DNA from: Octopus bimaculoides
Taxonomy: Eukaryota
Direction: 5' to 3'
DNA: 64,000 nucleotides
Assembly (NCBI RefSeq): GCF_001194135.2
Contig: NC_068986.1
Location: forward strand, 96,448,326-96,512,325
A program made the translations under genes and the position numbers. Of the stretch, positions 50,661-63,870 are shown in pieces; position 1 is the stretch's first letter, and the number at the start of each line of letters is the position of its first letter. The notes beneath the pieces were generated by a model. The model was not told the origin of the DNA. It saw only the letters and a list, made by a program, of their open reading frames with translations, and ran no database searches.

Positions 50661-51970
50661 TTTTCGACCAATCAACAAATAGAATGAGAGAAATTGCCGG
50701 AAGAGTTGCATCTGATCATGTGCTGTTTAGTATGTCTTCAGTTTGAGCAAGAGGACCTGTTATGCCGCGAGGAAGGTAGACTTAAAAATAAACATAGATA
50801 CATGCGCTCAGGAGCCTTTTTTCACGAGCCAACGAAGGAGCCTCTTCGTGGTCGCTCCAGCTGCTAGAAATAGTGGTCAGATTGCCCTCAAATCACACAT
50901 TGCTGTCTTAAAGACAGAAGGATACATGCTATAATGTAGTTTGGGATAGCGCATTTCTGATATATATAAAAAAGAGGATATGGTAACAACTAGAAAGCCT
51001 TTAACCATACATCTATTCGATCAAGATGGACATAGGATAACAACATACGTATATGTTATATGATAGTCCTTAAATTCTAAATACCAAATGCAAGACCAGC
51101 GCTCGAAGAGTACTATAAATCCGAATGATTAAGTTATATACTTTAAATTGCGGACTTAATAATAATTTCGTTATAGAGAAGTTTTAGTTTCTCCTTCGAT
51201 TTTCAGTGTAGAAACGATGTACGAGAAGAGTGTCAGCAAGTTGTTGTAGTTGTTTTTTGCTCCAGATCAGCCGTGATCGAGAAAACTACAATCAAACGTG
51301 ATCCAACCGAGATCAACCTATCTTTTTGTACAAGACAATAGGATTTAATTTGGGGAAGATATGGCTGCTATTTCTTGCAGGGCGAGCGACCACGTAGGGG
51401 CTTCCTCGTTGATTGGCATATCATTGTTTCTGCTGGTTGTTGTTTAGCCCTGATCAGCAACCGATTGGTCAGACTTATGATCAAAGTCATTTATTTCCCA
51501 GACACGGTACACTCAGATCCATATTAATCACAGTATTAATTTTCTTCAAAGACGGTAGTGGGTGTGACTTGGCTGCTATTTCTAACAGGTTGTTTTCAGT
51601 TGGTCATCTGATAAGCTTTAACAATGGAAGATGAGAGATGACAATGAGATTCGTTGTGAAATCAAGAAAGATATCTTGCACAACCTTCGATATATATTTT
51701 TTTCTTTTAGAGTGGAGAGTTATGAAAAACTTTCATAATTATTCAGTCTTAAATTTTTACGCATATTTTTGTGTTATTGTTTAGTCCCAGGTCAACCCTG
51801 ATCGAACATATTTATGATTACAGGTATTTCGGCCGTGCACTTTTCACATTTTTTTTCCTTATGTAGTGTATCGTGGACTGATAAATATATGTATCTTTAC
51901 TTTTTAAGACGGTATGATGTGGTCTGAAGGAGACTTGGGTGTTACTTTTAACAAGTCGAACGACCAGATA
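50380..51970. mobile_element. Cluster of about five copies of another short interspersed repeat (family E)
   Basis: tttagcccc aggtcagccctga..gagcagac..atgatcaaag and gatttgagggagatttggctgctatttc motifs. Also at about 3120-3360, 25030-25215 and 32960-33170. Confidence 0.65.
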
Positions 51971-52325
51971 GAAGCTTCTTACCTGGCGTTCATGTTTGTT
52001 GTTAAAAATGTAAGGACTACCGACACTCATATGATTGTATATATCGATCACACACACACACATACACACACACACACACACACAGATACTTACACACACA
52101 CATACGCAATTAATTATACACACTCGATTGTCATAGACAATAATAGCCATTGGTCTCCTTGCAATACTTAGAAAATTTGCTAACACCAGAAGATGAAATG
52201 AAAATCACAGCCATAACAACCAAACCATCACATCGTATGAAACCCCGTCTGTGTGTGTGTGTTTGTGTGTGTGTGTGAGAGAGAGGCTATTTGCGACATC
52301 AGTGTCTAAAAAGAAGCTGATATAT

Positions 52326-52368
<43 letters not shown>

Positions 52369-54601
52369 CACATATCAGTGTGTGCTTAAGTCAATTACTG
52401 TTAGCAGTTTTGAAAGTGAAGAGTGATTGATGGGTCGAGTGTGTATATCTCTACGTGCGCATAAGCGCATGCACGGATGCATGCGTGTGTGGGAATGAGG
52501 AAAACGTCCCATCTACCCAGAAGCCAACCTCCACCTTTCACTCTCTTTAGCTTTCATTCACTCTTTCTTCAGTCCTCGTTTTTCATTTCTACTCACATAC
52601 TCGTTCCCACATAAATATATATACACACTCTTTCTCGATTGTTCCTCTTTGTTCTCACACTCTTTCATTTAAGCTTTCTATCTCTCACTCATACTATCAT
52701 ATAACCTCTCTCTCTTTGTCCTATCTTGTACATGTACTTTCACTTTCTCTTAGTCTCACTTACACACTTCTCTGCTTTGTTTAATCTATTTCTAATTCTC
52801 GTCGCTCTTCCTGACTACTTGCTCATTTGCCCTCATTTTCTTCCATCTCTCTTACCCTTGCTTTCGCTTTCTCTTCTTCATTCGCTTCCTCATTCTCACA
52901 TACACATACTCATATATATATGTGTACGCACACATCTACATTGACTCTCTCTCTCCCCCACCCTCTCTTTCTGTTTTCGATTTCAAATGTTCTCTCACTC
53001 AAAATTTCATCTCTCTCTTTATTCCTACTCACTTTTCCCTATTTTGTAAATTCTACCTTTCTTTCACTCATTCATATACACACTGTCCTGTCTGTTTTTC
53101 GTTTAATCAACCAATTTTCCCACACCTTTACTACTCTGTCTGTGTCTGCATTTCTCTTTCTTCCGTTCATTCAAGCAGATACATATATACATAATGTCCC
53201 CTTCTGTATTCGTTTCTCATTTTTTCTCGTCTGTCCGCCTTCCCTCTCACTAATTTAACCACACACACACGCACACACCCTTTTATGTCCTTTTTGTCTC
53301 TCGTTCACTCGAATGCGTTCTCATAAATCTTTACATTATTCTCTCTCGCGCTCTCACTCTCTGATATATATATATATATCATTCTGCACCTATACCTCAA
53401 CATAATAAAAACACTACCTTCTCCCTTTCATAAGCGTTGCTAGTAGCAGTTAGTTGTATGACTTAATGCTTCAATAAAAGTGTGTCTACGAATGTCCTTG
53501 GGATAGACATGACTATCACAACATCCCGTTTCTTCCTTCATTTCTTTCTTTCTCAGAATATTATAGGACCCTTGTGCACAGTCGAAATGAAACCACTGTA
53601 TGAATGTCTAATGATGGTGCAGTTGAAAAAAGGATGACCATCACATCTCTTCAATAAAAACTTAAATCTTGTGTCTTAATTGAAATAAATCTATATAGCG
53701 TGTGTGTGTTCGTCCATCAGTTGATGCCGTTGTTTCTACTAACGGCTGCATACACACACACACACACACACACACATACATACATACATAGGACACACAA
53801 CATACAGACACACACACATTTAGTAATGCATACCTAGCTACATTGATGTATACATACATTCAAACATATAACTGCAAATTCCCACACGCACGCGTATAGG
53901 CTCACATGCAATTACACACGCATACGCACACACCCACATTAACAACGGTACAGAGAAAACATACATAAAGAAACCTAGTACGCACCCTAAGTACACACGA
54001 GCTCACTCTTCGTACATATATATATATATCTATATACACGCATTAAAGAAAAAGGAGTATATTTTTATACAAAACATGTTTATTTCACTTTAAATACATA
54101 CGTACTTACATATAAACGTACCCTCAAACATAAACATGCGCGCGTATAGATACTTGCGTAAACATACTCTTACATACACATATATACACTAATTCTGGTC
54201 ACACGCGCATCAGCAGCAGTCACAAGCACAGTTCTCTCTCTCTCTCTCTCGCTCCTGTATATTTCTATCAAAACTACTGTAGCTACTGTTACACATACAC
54301 ACGGGATAAAGCACACGCACCTTGAGGTAACACACACACAGACACATCGATTTACACAACGACCTAACACACTAATCCAACATTTGCCTCTCTCTTATCA
54401 AGGAGAACTACAGAATTACATTTATTCACGACGGATGCTGGTAGACAGGATTTTACTGATGTAGAAGTCGCCGAGGATTCTTGTTATTCTGGCATTTTTT
54501 TGCCCATATAACGTCCCTTTTTTTTGGTCCCGAAGAAAGGATCTGAAAGGAAAAAAACTGTAGCCAGAAAGACAGATAAACAAAACCTACATACATGTAA
54601 G

Positions 54602-54689
54602 ATGGCAAGGTATCGCAGTTGGAATACCACTGATTGTGGTGGCTCCAAGATTGTTGGTATTTTAGCTTTAATTTTACTCGTATTTGGAG
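54602..54689 (+). CDS. Probable first coding exon of a secreted or membrane protein (signal-peptide-like)
   Basis: aagATGG context. [29 protein letters not shown] followed by a phase-1 donor GGAG|GTAAGT. Hydrophobic core [13 protein letters not shown]. Confidence 0.65.
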
Positions 54690-54782
54690 GTAAGTCGTAC
54701 ATTTCATTGTTTATCTCAAACCAAACTGCACTATGTAATGTATATAAGCAAAGTATCATATATGAATGTATCTGTATCTCTC

Positions 54783-54827
<45 letters not shown>

Positions 54828-54925
54828 ATGTATATACACACACATATATATATACATACACATTGCACTGGAGGTAAGGGTGCATATTGTCTAAATATAC
54901 AATATAATGAAATATAGTGTACAAA

Positions 54926-54967
<42 letters not shown>

Positions 54968-55085
54968 CTTTTTGTTACATATAGTTTGATTAAAATAATG
55001 AGTATGTTGTGACACTGTACAATGGTATTTGAGACTATACAGATGTCAGTGTATATGGTTTGAAATATACATAACTGTAAGCATA

Positions 55086-55142
<57 letters not shown>

Positions 55143-55713
55143 TGTGTATACAGATGAGAAAGTTTGTTAAAGGAGGGGGATATTTCTCTATGGCAGGATG
55201 GCCTTCCTGTCACCAACCATCACCTTTTTTCTAAATAAAGAGATGTTTCTTGTGACCAGGCATCATTTTATGGAAGAGAAAAATCGAAGGACACGGCTTG
55301 CATGATGGTGACACTCGTTTACAAGTATCACGCGAAGCCAAGGCAAGGAGACAGCAGCACATAATGCATATACACACTTACGTGCCTGCGTGCGTATGTG
55401 TGTGTGTATGCGTGTGCGTACATATATATATGACAAGCTTCTTTCAGTTTCCGTCTACCAGATAGGTCGGGGCTATTGTTAAAGTCACTTGCCTTGGGTA
55501 CCACGCAGTAGACCTGAACCTGAAACCATGTGTGAAGCAAACATCTCACCACACAACTTTGTCTATACCTCGAAGTGACATACACACACACACACGCACA
55601 CACACACACATATATATGCGTGTGTGTATATATTAAGATATACATATATATAAAGATATATATATATGTATTTATAAACATATAAAAATAAAGATATATA
55701 TATATATTAATAA

Positions 55714-55748
<35 letters not shown>

Positions 55749-55766
55749 TAAAAATATATATATGTG

Positions 55767-55799
<33 letters not shown>

Positions 55800-56093
55800 A
55801 AAAATAAGGATATATATATGTATAAATATATATGTATATATATATTATATAAGATATATATTATTTATTAATTCATAATAGAATATAAGGAGAAAAATCA
55901 CGTTAATGATTTTTATCAGGTAGTCAGCATGCTATAAAAATTTATAGGCAATTTATACATTAAATTAATATAATATACATATGTAAATAATTATGTCTAT
56001 AATATACATATGTAATATAATTATATACATATGTCTATTATTATTAATTTAAAGATATATATATATATCTATATATCTATATATATAAAAATA

Positions 56094-56139
<46 letters not shown>

Positions 56140-56189
56140 GACATATATACATATATATCTTTATTGCCCACATGGGGCTAAACACAGAG

Positions 56190-56390
56190 GTGACAAAAAA
56201 AAGGACAGACAAAAGATTAAGTTGATTACATCGACCCCAGTGTGTAACTAGTACTTATTTAATCAGTCCTAAAAGGATGAAAGGCAAAGTTGACCACAGC
56301 AGAATTTGAACTCAGAACGTAATGGCAGATGAAATACCGCGAAGCATTTCACCCGGTGTGCTAATGATTCTCCCAGCTCACCGTCCTTAT
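56190..56390 (-). mobile_element. SINE family A
   Basis: tcgaccccagtg...aaaggatgaaaggcaaagttgac...gaatttgaactcagaacg. Confidence 0.8.
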
Positions 56391-56502
56391 ATTCATATAT
56401 ATATATAGTGGACGTTTGACGATGTTGATGATTATATATATATTATATAAAAATATATACATGATCATGGTAATGATATATATAAAGATATATACATATA
56501 TA

Positions 56503-56558
<56 letters not shown>

Positions 56559-56968
56559 NNNNNNNNNNNNNNNNNNNNNNNNNNNNNNNNNNNNNNNNNN
56601 NNNNNNNNNNNNNNNNNNNNNNNNNNNNNNNNNNNNNNNNNNNNNNNNNNNNNNNNNNNNNNNNNNNNNNNNNNNNNNNNNNNNNNNNNNNNNNNNNNNN
56701 NNNNNNNNNNNNNNNNNNNNNNNNNNNNNNNNNNNNNNNNNNNNNNNNNNNNNNNNNNNNNNNNNNNNNNNNNNNNNNNNNNNNNNNNNNNNNNNNNNNN
56801 NNNNNNNNNNNNNNNNNNNNNNNNNNNNNNNNNNNNNNNNNNNNNNNNNNNNNNNNNNNNNNNNNNNNNNNNNNNNNNNNNNNNNNNNNNNNNNNNNNNN
56901 NNNNNNNNNNNNNNNNNNNNNNNNNNNNNNNNNNNNNNNNNNNNNNNNNNNNNNNNNNNNNNNNNNNN

Positions 56969-57001
<33 letters not shown>

Positions 57002-58254
57002 TATATCATCAACATCATTTTCTGTATACTATCCTTTCTGGCTTGTGTAGGATATATTGTCATGGTTGGATTCAGTATATGCTCTGTGCTAGTGCTCATC
57101 TCAATGGATCAGAGGACTGCATTTTGTCTGCATTTTATTTTTGGTTTGGTTTCTACAGTTGGATACCCTTTGTAACACCAACCACTTTACATAATAAATT
57201 GGGTGCTTATTTGTAGCATCAGCCTAAGAATGACATCATGTCCTCAACAAGATTAAAGGGTCCTCACAACCTTGCACTTGACAGAGTGCATTGTGTGTGT
57301 TTTTCTAGGCACCAGCACCAGAGAGGTATCCATGGTTATAGAGACTGCTTGATGCCACACCTCGGCTCAGCAGCATCTTTATTGAGATGGCGTCATGAAT
57401 GATAGTCATAAGAAGGATGTGTGATTGGGGGTTAAGTAATAGCGGTACTCAGTGTTCTGAGATACGTGTGTATACTCAAGACAGGATCAAGAGGATAGAG
57501 TGATGACAAAAAGCCATATGATCCTGGAGATTGAATGTTCAAAATCCAGGATGTGTGAGAGAAATAGAGTAGAGTGAAATGAGGTGAAGCTAAGTAGTGC
57601 AGGAGGGAAAAGTGATGGTAGAATGTAAGAGCACCATTGGTCCAATGTAGCCTTTCACCCATCGTCTTTGAGATGATCCACAGATGTTGAGTGGTGAAAG
57701 TGGTGATAAGGGGAAGGTAAAGTAAGCTGGTGTGTCCTGTATCAGTGAGTTTCATATATGAGTGTTGGTGAAAGGGGTTAGATGGTTAGATAGGTACAGT
57801 GACATCCTAAGTTATACTGGAAGTTATGTATGGTAGACAGAAGGAATACATTGAACTTTAGTCCAACTGTGAGATTGAAGAAAGGAAGTAATGACTGAGA
57901 GATGGGTAATAGAGGCGTGGGTGAGGTGGAATGAGATATAAAGACATGTACCAAATAGTCATAGGTGAAACGTACAGGTGATAGACAAAAATGAGTGATA
58001 AAGGGACGTGTGATGAACAGGATGTGAGATAGTGGGATAATTGATGGAGGTGTTAGGTGAGAGGCTATCAAAGAGGCCAACGATGTGAACTTAACAGAAT
58101 GCAGAAGTATGAATGCATACTTGCACATACATGTACATACATATGCCTAATGAAACATGCCTATATATATGTATGTGTGTATATAAATTAAATAAATAGA
58201 TTATATATACTTATTTAATTTATATATGCATATATATATCTATATACACCTATA

Positions 58255-58945
58255 CAATTTTAATGTCAGTTTTGCCAAGCCAGGACAAGCGTACAGATCT
58301 TCTGTAAAGCATGCAACCAGACATTGCAATCTTCTCCTCTGTGAGATGCAACAATTTCACATCTATCTTCACTCCTTTGTCTCAAGTCTTCCACAGGTTC
58401 TATTCACTTTAAGTATGTGGTAATTCTTTATAGAGCTGTCCTCTTCCATATGCATCACATGCTCATTTCAATGCAGTGTTGCACATATCAAATTTTGCCA
58501 ATGCTCAGCTTTACTCTCAGCTCATTTGTGCTCTGTTATCCATGCTTACTAATATTACACATCCAGCAGAGTATACTCAATTCATTTCTTTCTAGTTGTT
58601 TTAAAACCTCTGCATTATGTCTTATTACCATGCAAAATTGTACTTTACACACAAACATCATATATTCTGTCCTTCACTTTGAAGAAAAAGCTTTATATTG
58701 CCACCAGAAATAATCATTTGTTGATTAGAAAAAGGCCTCTAACAAGGTTCCATACATTGTATTCTGATGATCAATATAGAAACTTGGAAAGGACGAATGG
58801 CTTGTGAGTGTTGTGCAAGTCATGTAGAGAGGCATAGCCAGCAAAGTGAGAGTCAGTAATAAATTTGTTGATGAATGCATGTAGAGATCCACCATCCACC
58901 AGGGCTCCATTCCCAATACCTCTCTGTTCGTTATAGTCTTATAGG
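58255..58945. mobile_element. Degenerate RTE pieces: C-terminus and tail on minus (58255-58680) joined to RT motifs 3-4 on plus (58690-58945)
   Basis: The minus part is co-linear with 11700-12060. The plus part reads LEKASNKVP...KLGKDEWLVSVVQVM*RGIASKVRVSN. Confidence 0.65.
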
Positions 58946-59002
58946 CTTATATAATAGAATAGTTTAAGATCAAGTGTCTGAGAATTCCATTATACATATA
59001 TC

Positions 59003-60090
59003 TTGGGTCATCCCATAAATAATGCGGTTTTTTTCAATTGCATGAAAAAGTTGGAGGGAGACGGGATAGACTACCTGCATCAATTTGCTGTAAAAGTAGG
59101 TAGTAATTTTAACTTTGTTCTTATTCTTAGGGCAAGTTTTGAAGAGTGCAGTTCGATTTTAACAGTTATTTTTTCAAACCTGTAATAGAAGTGACAAAGC
59201 AGCATATTCGGCATATTTTGCTTTATGAATTTAATAAAGGCAACAACTTTAATAAAGGCAACAACACAATGGAAAGTGTGAGGACTATTAATGCAGTATA
59301 TGGGATTGGACAATAAGCATAAGCCAGTGTCAACAGTGGTTCCAGAAATTCTGAGCTGGAAACTAGATCCTAGAAGACAAGCCTTGTCCTGGAAGATCTG
59401 TAGAACTCAATGAGGACATCCTGCAGACCCTGGTGGAACAAAATCCCATCATAAGTGTTGAGGAACTAGCAGAGAATCTTGGATTTGGTCATTCAACCAT
59501 TCATCGACACTTGTGTGCCATCAGAAAAGTCAGAAAATTGAGTCAATGGGTTCCTTACAAACTTTCCAAGTCTAATCATGCACAGAGAGTGAATGTATGC
59601 TCTTCTTTGCTGTCGTATCTCACAAATGAACCTTTTTTTTGGACCGAACAGTGACTGGTGACAAGAAATGAGTTCTCTATAAAAATGTCAAGCACCAAAG
59701 ACAGTGGGTAGGAAAAGGAGAAACACTGGCACCCCAGGCTAAAGAAGGTCTTAACTCTTGTAAGGTGTTGTTATCTGTTTGGTGGGATATGAAAGGATTA
59801 GTCCATTTTGAACATTTAAACCCAAACCAAACGTTAATGGAGATTTAGTGCGAGCAGCTTGAATGGCTTAAGTCAGTTCTAAAAGAAAATTGACCATCTT
59901 TAGTTTCAAGACAAAAGGTGTTCTTCCATCAGGATAATACTTGGCTACATACAGAGAAGATGACATTCCAAAGGTTGGAACTGTTTGAATAGGAAACGAT
60001 GCCCCACCCACCATATTTACTAGACATTGCCCCATCTGATTATCATTTATTCTGCAGTCTTCAAAATCATTTGGATGTAAAAAATACATC
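59003..60090 (+). mobile_element. Mariner element, 5' TIR plus decayed DD34D transposase, 3' end missing
   Basis: TIR ttgggtcatcccataaataatgcggtttt. KQHIRHILLYEFNKG, WVPYKL, TGDKK*VLY, HQDN and HPPYLLDIAPSDYHLF motifs. Confidence 0.88.
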
Positions 60091-60099
60091 CAAGCATTG

Positions 60100-60475
60100 T
60101 AAAGCCTGTCTTTGACTCTGAGAGTAACCTTTGTTGCCTATAGAGATAACCATTCTGTTCTTACTTTGGCTACTACGCTCTTTAATAAATTTACTTTGAG
60201 ACCTTTTGATTCTAGGTTTTGCTTCCATGTCCAGAATTTCTTTTCTACAAAAGTCATAAGCATACAGACAGCTAATCTTAAACTCTTCTGTTACATAGCT
60301 CAGTACCCTCCTGTTATAATAAACAAGTGGTTATTGAGAACAGAGCCCTAGTAAATCTCTTCCTGCTTGTTAAATTCCTCACTGAACTCATTACTGGCTC
60401 TCACTTTGCTGACTATGCCTCTCTACATGGCTTGAGTCCCCCACAAGCCATTTATCTCCTAGCTTTTTTCATAGG
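60100..60475 (-). mobile_element. Degenerate RTE RT fragment
   Basis: KWLVG..AM*RGIVSKVRASNEFSEEF...WKQNLESKGLKVNL...LRVKDRLYNA. Confidence 0.65.
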
Positions 60476-60564
60476 TCATTAAATTGCAAACTATTAAAAG
60501 TTCACAGAAATAAACAGGGAGAGAAAATAGAAAAGGTTTAGTGGCGAGTGATCTATCATGGCGA

Positions 60565-60608
<44 letters not shown>

Positions 60609-60614
60609 TACAAC

Positions 60615-60665
60615 CCGTGCTAGCATGGAAGGCAGACATTAAACGATGATGATGATGATGATGAA
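60615..60665 (+). mobile_element. RTE 3' terminus
   Basis: acccgtgctagcatggaaggcagacattaaacgatgatgat. Confidence 0.7.
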
Positions 60666-62642
60666 TACAAAATGGGACAAGAACGTAAAACATCCAGACA
60701 GTTNNNNNNNNNNNNNNNNNNNNNNNNNNNNNNNNNNNNNNATATATGTAATATATGTATATACATACATATATGAGTGAATGGACAAATGAAAGAAAGT
60801 GTTATGTTATTTAATAACAACATGAGTTTAGATATATGATAGGTTTCTTCTGTGAGCCCATGAATCTTTAAGTTATATGAAGCTGAGTCAAACTTTTTAA
60901 ATTATGTGTGCATGCATATGTGTGTATACTTGCATAGGAGTGCTAATAAATCTGTGTATCAAACAAAAATACATTTTATCATTTATTTGATGCTGGTTTT
61001 TACCCCTTTATATCAAGGAGGACTTAGCCATTTGCTAAATTGACCATAATCTAAAACCTCTGAAGGTGATCTCCTAAGACTGAAAGCAGTAAAGTGAAAT
61101 GCACATGTGTGTGTGTGTATATGTATGCATGTATGTATATATGTATATATATTTGTATATATCAATGTATCTGTCTGTCTTCCCCCCCCCCCCCCCCCCC
61201 TCTCTCTATATATATATATATAGAAGGCTAGCTTGTGACCTTATTCAAGAATTGGTTTAATGCAGTGATTATGATTAGATTGTATAAGATTACAATGTAA
61301 ATTAACAGACTGTGACAGTGAAATGAGAGAATGAAGGTATAATGAAATATGATGTGTATCCAGAACTGTGGCCAATTACCTAAGAAAACATCAAAGGAAA
61401 AGAGTGGAATAGAAGAAGAATGTAAAAACATCAATCCCCACCCCTACTAAAAAAAATGCACACACTTCAGCGTGTAAGAACAATCCAGTCACTGAATGAC
61501 TTGTAACAGATACAGGGTAGTAGAATAGTGGTTCCCATGCTGATAAATATCAGAGTGGCCCCACAATAAAATATTAGTGACATATTTTACCCACTTTTTC
61601 CTTTCATTTATAAGAATGATTTCTTTATTTTTATTATTTTTATACAGTATGTTTTGCATCCATATAAGTTTTTTTTTCTTCACCATAATGCATCCATTTA
61701 ATTCTCTCTTTGCTTTGGTGCAGGGCAAAACCATCTGAATTTTATTAAATGCAGCAATTTGTCTTCCTCCTTTTCCATGCTCATAGCCCTCCATCCCATA
61801 TAAGAAACGCTGAGGTCAAGTACCAATGACTGGGTCATTGATGTATGATGGGAAAATTTTGGTATCTAATGATTTATCTGATTATAAAAATAATTGCTTG
61901 AGTACTTGCCTAGCAGTTTTTAGTTATGTTTCTCTATGTTCTGTGTCCCAATTCCCCTAGAACTGATTTTGCCTTTCATCCTTGTAGGTTTGATAAAATA
62001 AATGTTAATAAAGAACTGGGGTTGTTCTTATCAGCTGAGTCCTTTTCCAAAATGAAGGACCTTGTGCTTGTTCTTTATTTCTTTTATTGCTTTCAGCCAT
62101 GCTGGAACACTATCTTCAGAGATTATGATTGATTAAATTGTCCTCAGTATCTTGTTTGGTACTCATTTTATCAACCTTGTAAGTTGGAAAGTAATGTTAA
62201 CATCAATGTTAAGGGATGTAACCAGAAAGTAACCAAATACCACCAGGCATGTTGAACACACTGATAATACCCTCTTATACTGACTGACAAACATACACAC
62301 GAATATATTTGCTTGTTTTACATCTGTTTTTCCATACTAGCATGAGTTGGATAAATATGTGTTGAAGTATTGTTTTATAACCAGATTCTTGCCATTTACA
62401 CTTGCCTGTTTTACAAGTAATGGATTTATTTCACTTGTCTTCAAAAGAACAATTTGTTTGCAAAGAATATCACCATGTTTCTTTTTTTTACTCAATGCTT
62501 TAGCATTAAAATTCAGAAAGTAAACATTCATCTAGATATATGCATATGCATGCACACACCATGCACACACATGCATGTGTATGTAGATACACACACACAT
62601 GAGTTTCCATATTATTCCACTGAAAAGGCATTGATTGTCCCA

Positions 62643-62719
<77 letters not shown>

Positions 62720-63149
62720 GTGTGTGTTCGTGTGTATAATACAACTTACAGTCTTCCATCCAGTTTCTTACTATCAAATTTCACTGAGAAGACATTGTCT
62801 TATTTGAAAATATTGTAGAAGACATTTACCCAGGATTTCATGCAATAGGATGAAACCCAGATCTACTACATGAATGCAAAGCAAACTGCTTAATCACACA
62901 ACCATTACTGCATCTTCTGTATTAGAAATCATTACAACAAAAGAATGCTAAAGTGAAAATAAATATAATGGTGAAATTGTTGAATTTGAAGAAACTTGTG
63001 ATGGGCGACATTAGTAAACAGTCTTTTAAGTGGAATATGAATATGATTGATTCTGCCTGAAATATTAGACTGCCTTTCAGCAAAATAATTCATTCTGCTT
63101 TAGGAGGTTTTGTAACATTTGTATGTCTTTTAAATGTCTGCAATGGCAG

Positions 63150-63274
63150 GCACAGGCATAGTTGTCTGGCAAGAAATTTGCTTCCCAACCACATTGTTTC
63201 TGGTTCAATCCCATTGCATGGCACCTTGAGTAAGTGTCTTCTACTGCAAACCTAGGCTGACTAAAACCTTGTGA

Positions 63275-63315
<41 letters not shown>

Positions 63316-63570
63316 GAGGTAATGGGCATGTGTGTGTGTGTGTGTTATGCTCTCCTTGTCTTGACATCGCATGACAGTTGCAAACAAGTGTCACTGTCAT
63401 GCAAGCATGTCTGGTCATGTGGAAATATTACCTCACTTGGAGACAAAAGGGGACTGGTGACAGAAAGATTATCCGGCTGTAGAAAATTTGCCTCAACAAA
63501 TTCTGTCTAACTCATGCAGGCATTGAAATGTGGATGTTAAAACTATGATGTTGATGATGATGATGATGAT
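63150..63570 (+). mobile_element. SINE family C head with RTE-derived 3' tail
   Basis: Head ggttcaatcccattgcatggcaccttgagtaagtgtcttctact. Tail ctcatgcaggcattgaaatgtggatgttaaaactatgatg resembles the RTE terminus. Confidence 0.6.
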
Positions 63571-63609
63571 TTTACCATGGTACAGCTGTTGTAGTTTTAA
63601 CACATGACT

Positions 63610-63870
63610 TGAGAGCTAATCACTTGCCTAACAAAACAGAAATATAGCATCTCTACAAGAGTCACTGCTTCTTTGAACCAGTTAGCCCCTTGCCCTTGTC
63701 ACACAGGCCCTCCCAACACAGCCATCTGTTTCCTTCCGGTCACTCTTATAATGTCTTGATCCATATTTCAGCCCTTCCTCAATAAGACTGTAACCCTCTG
63801 GAACTTCCACCCACCTCTTCCGCTGTTACATGCAAACATTGACCTGCAGATGTTCATACTGAACGTAACT
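63610..63870 (+). mobile_element. Degenerate CR1/L2-like LINE 3' fragment
   Basis: cccttcctcaataagactgtaaccctctggaac reads PFLNKTVTLWN, resembling the SF..RT..LWN motif. Similar to the 31300-31700 family. Confidence 0.4.

Noticed and set aside
1430-57099. Long ORFs containing X runs (for example 1430-2518, 4455-5258, 15092-16156, 46681-47493, 56443-57099)
   Set aside because: Artefacts of N gaps translated without stops.
5255-63510. ORFs made of YIYI, CVCV, HTHT, ERER, poly-N, poly-L or poly-Y
   Set aside because: Translations of TA, CA, GA, CATA and TAA microsatellites.
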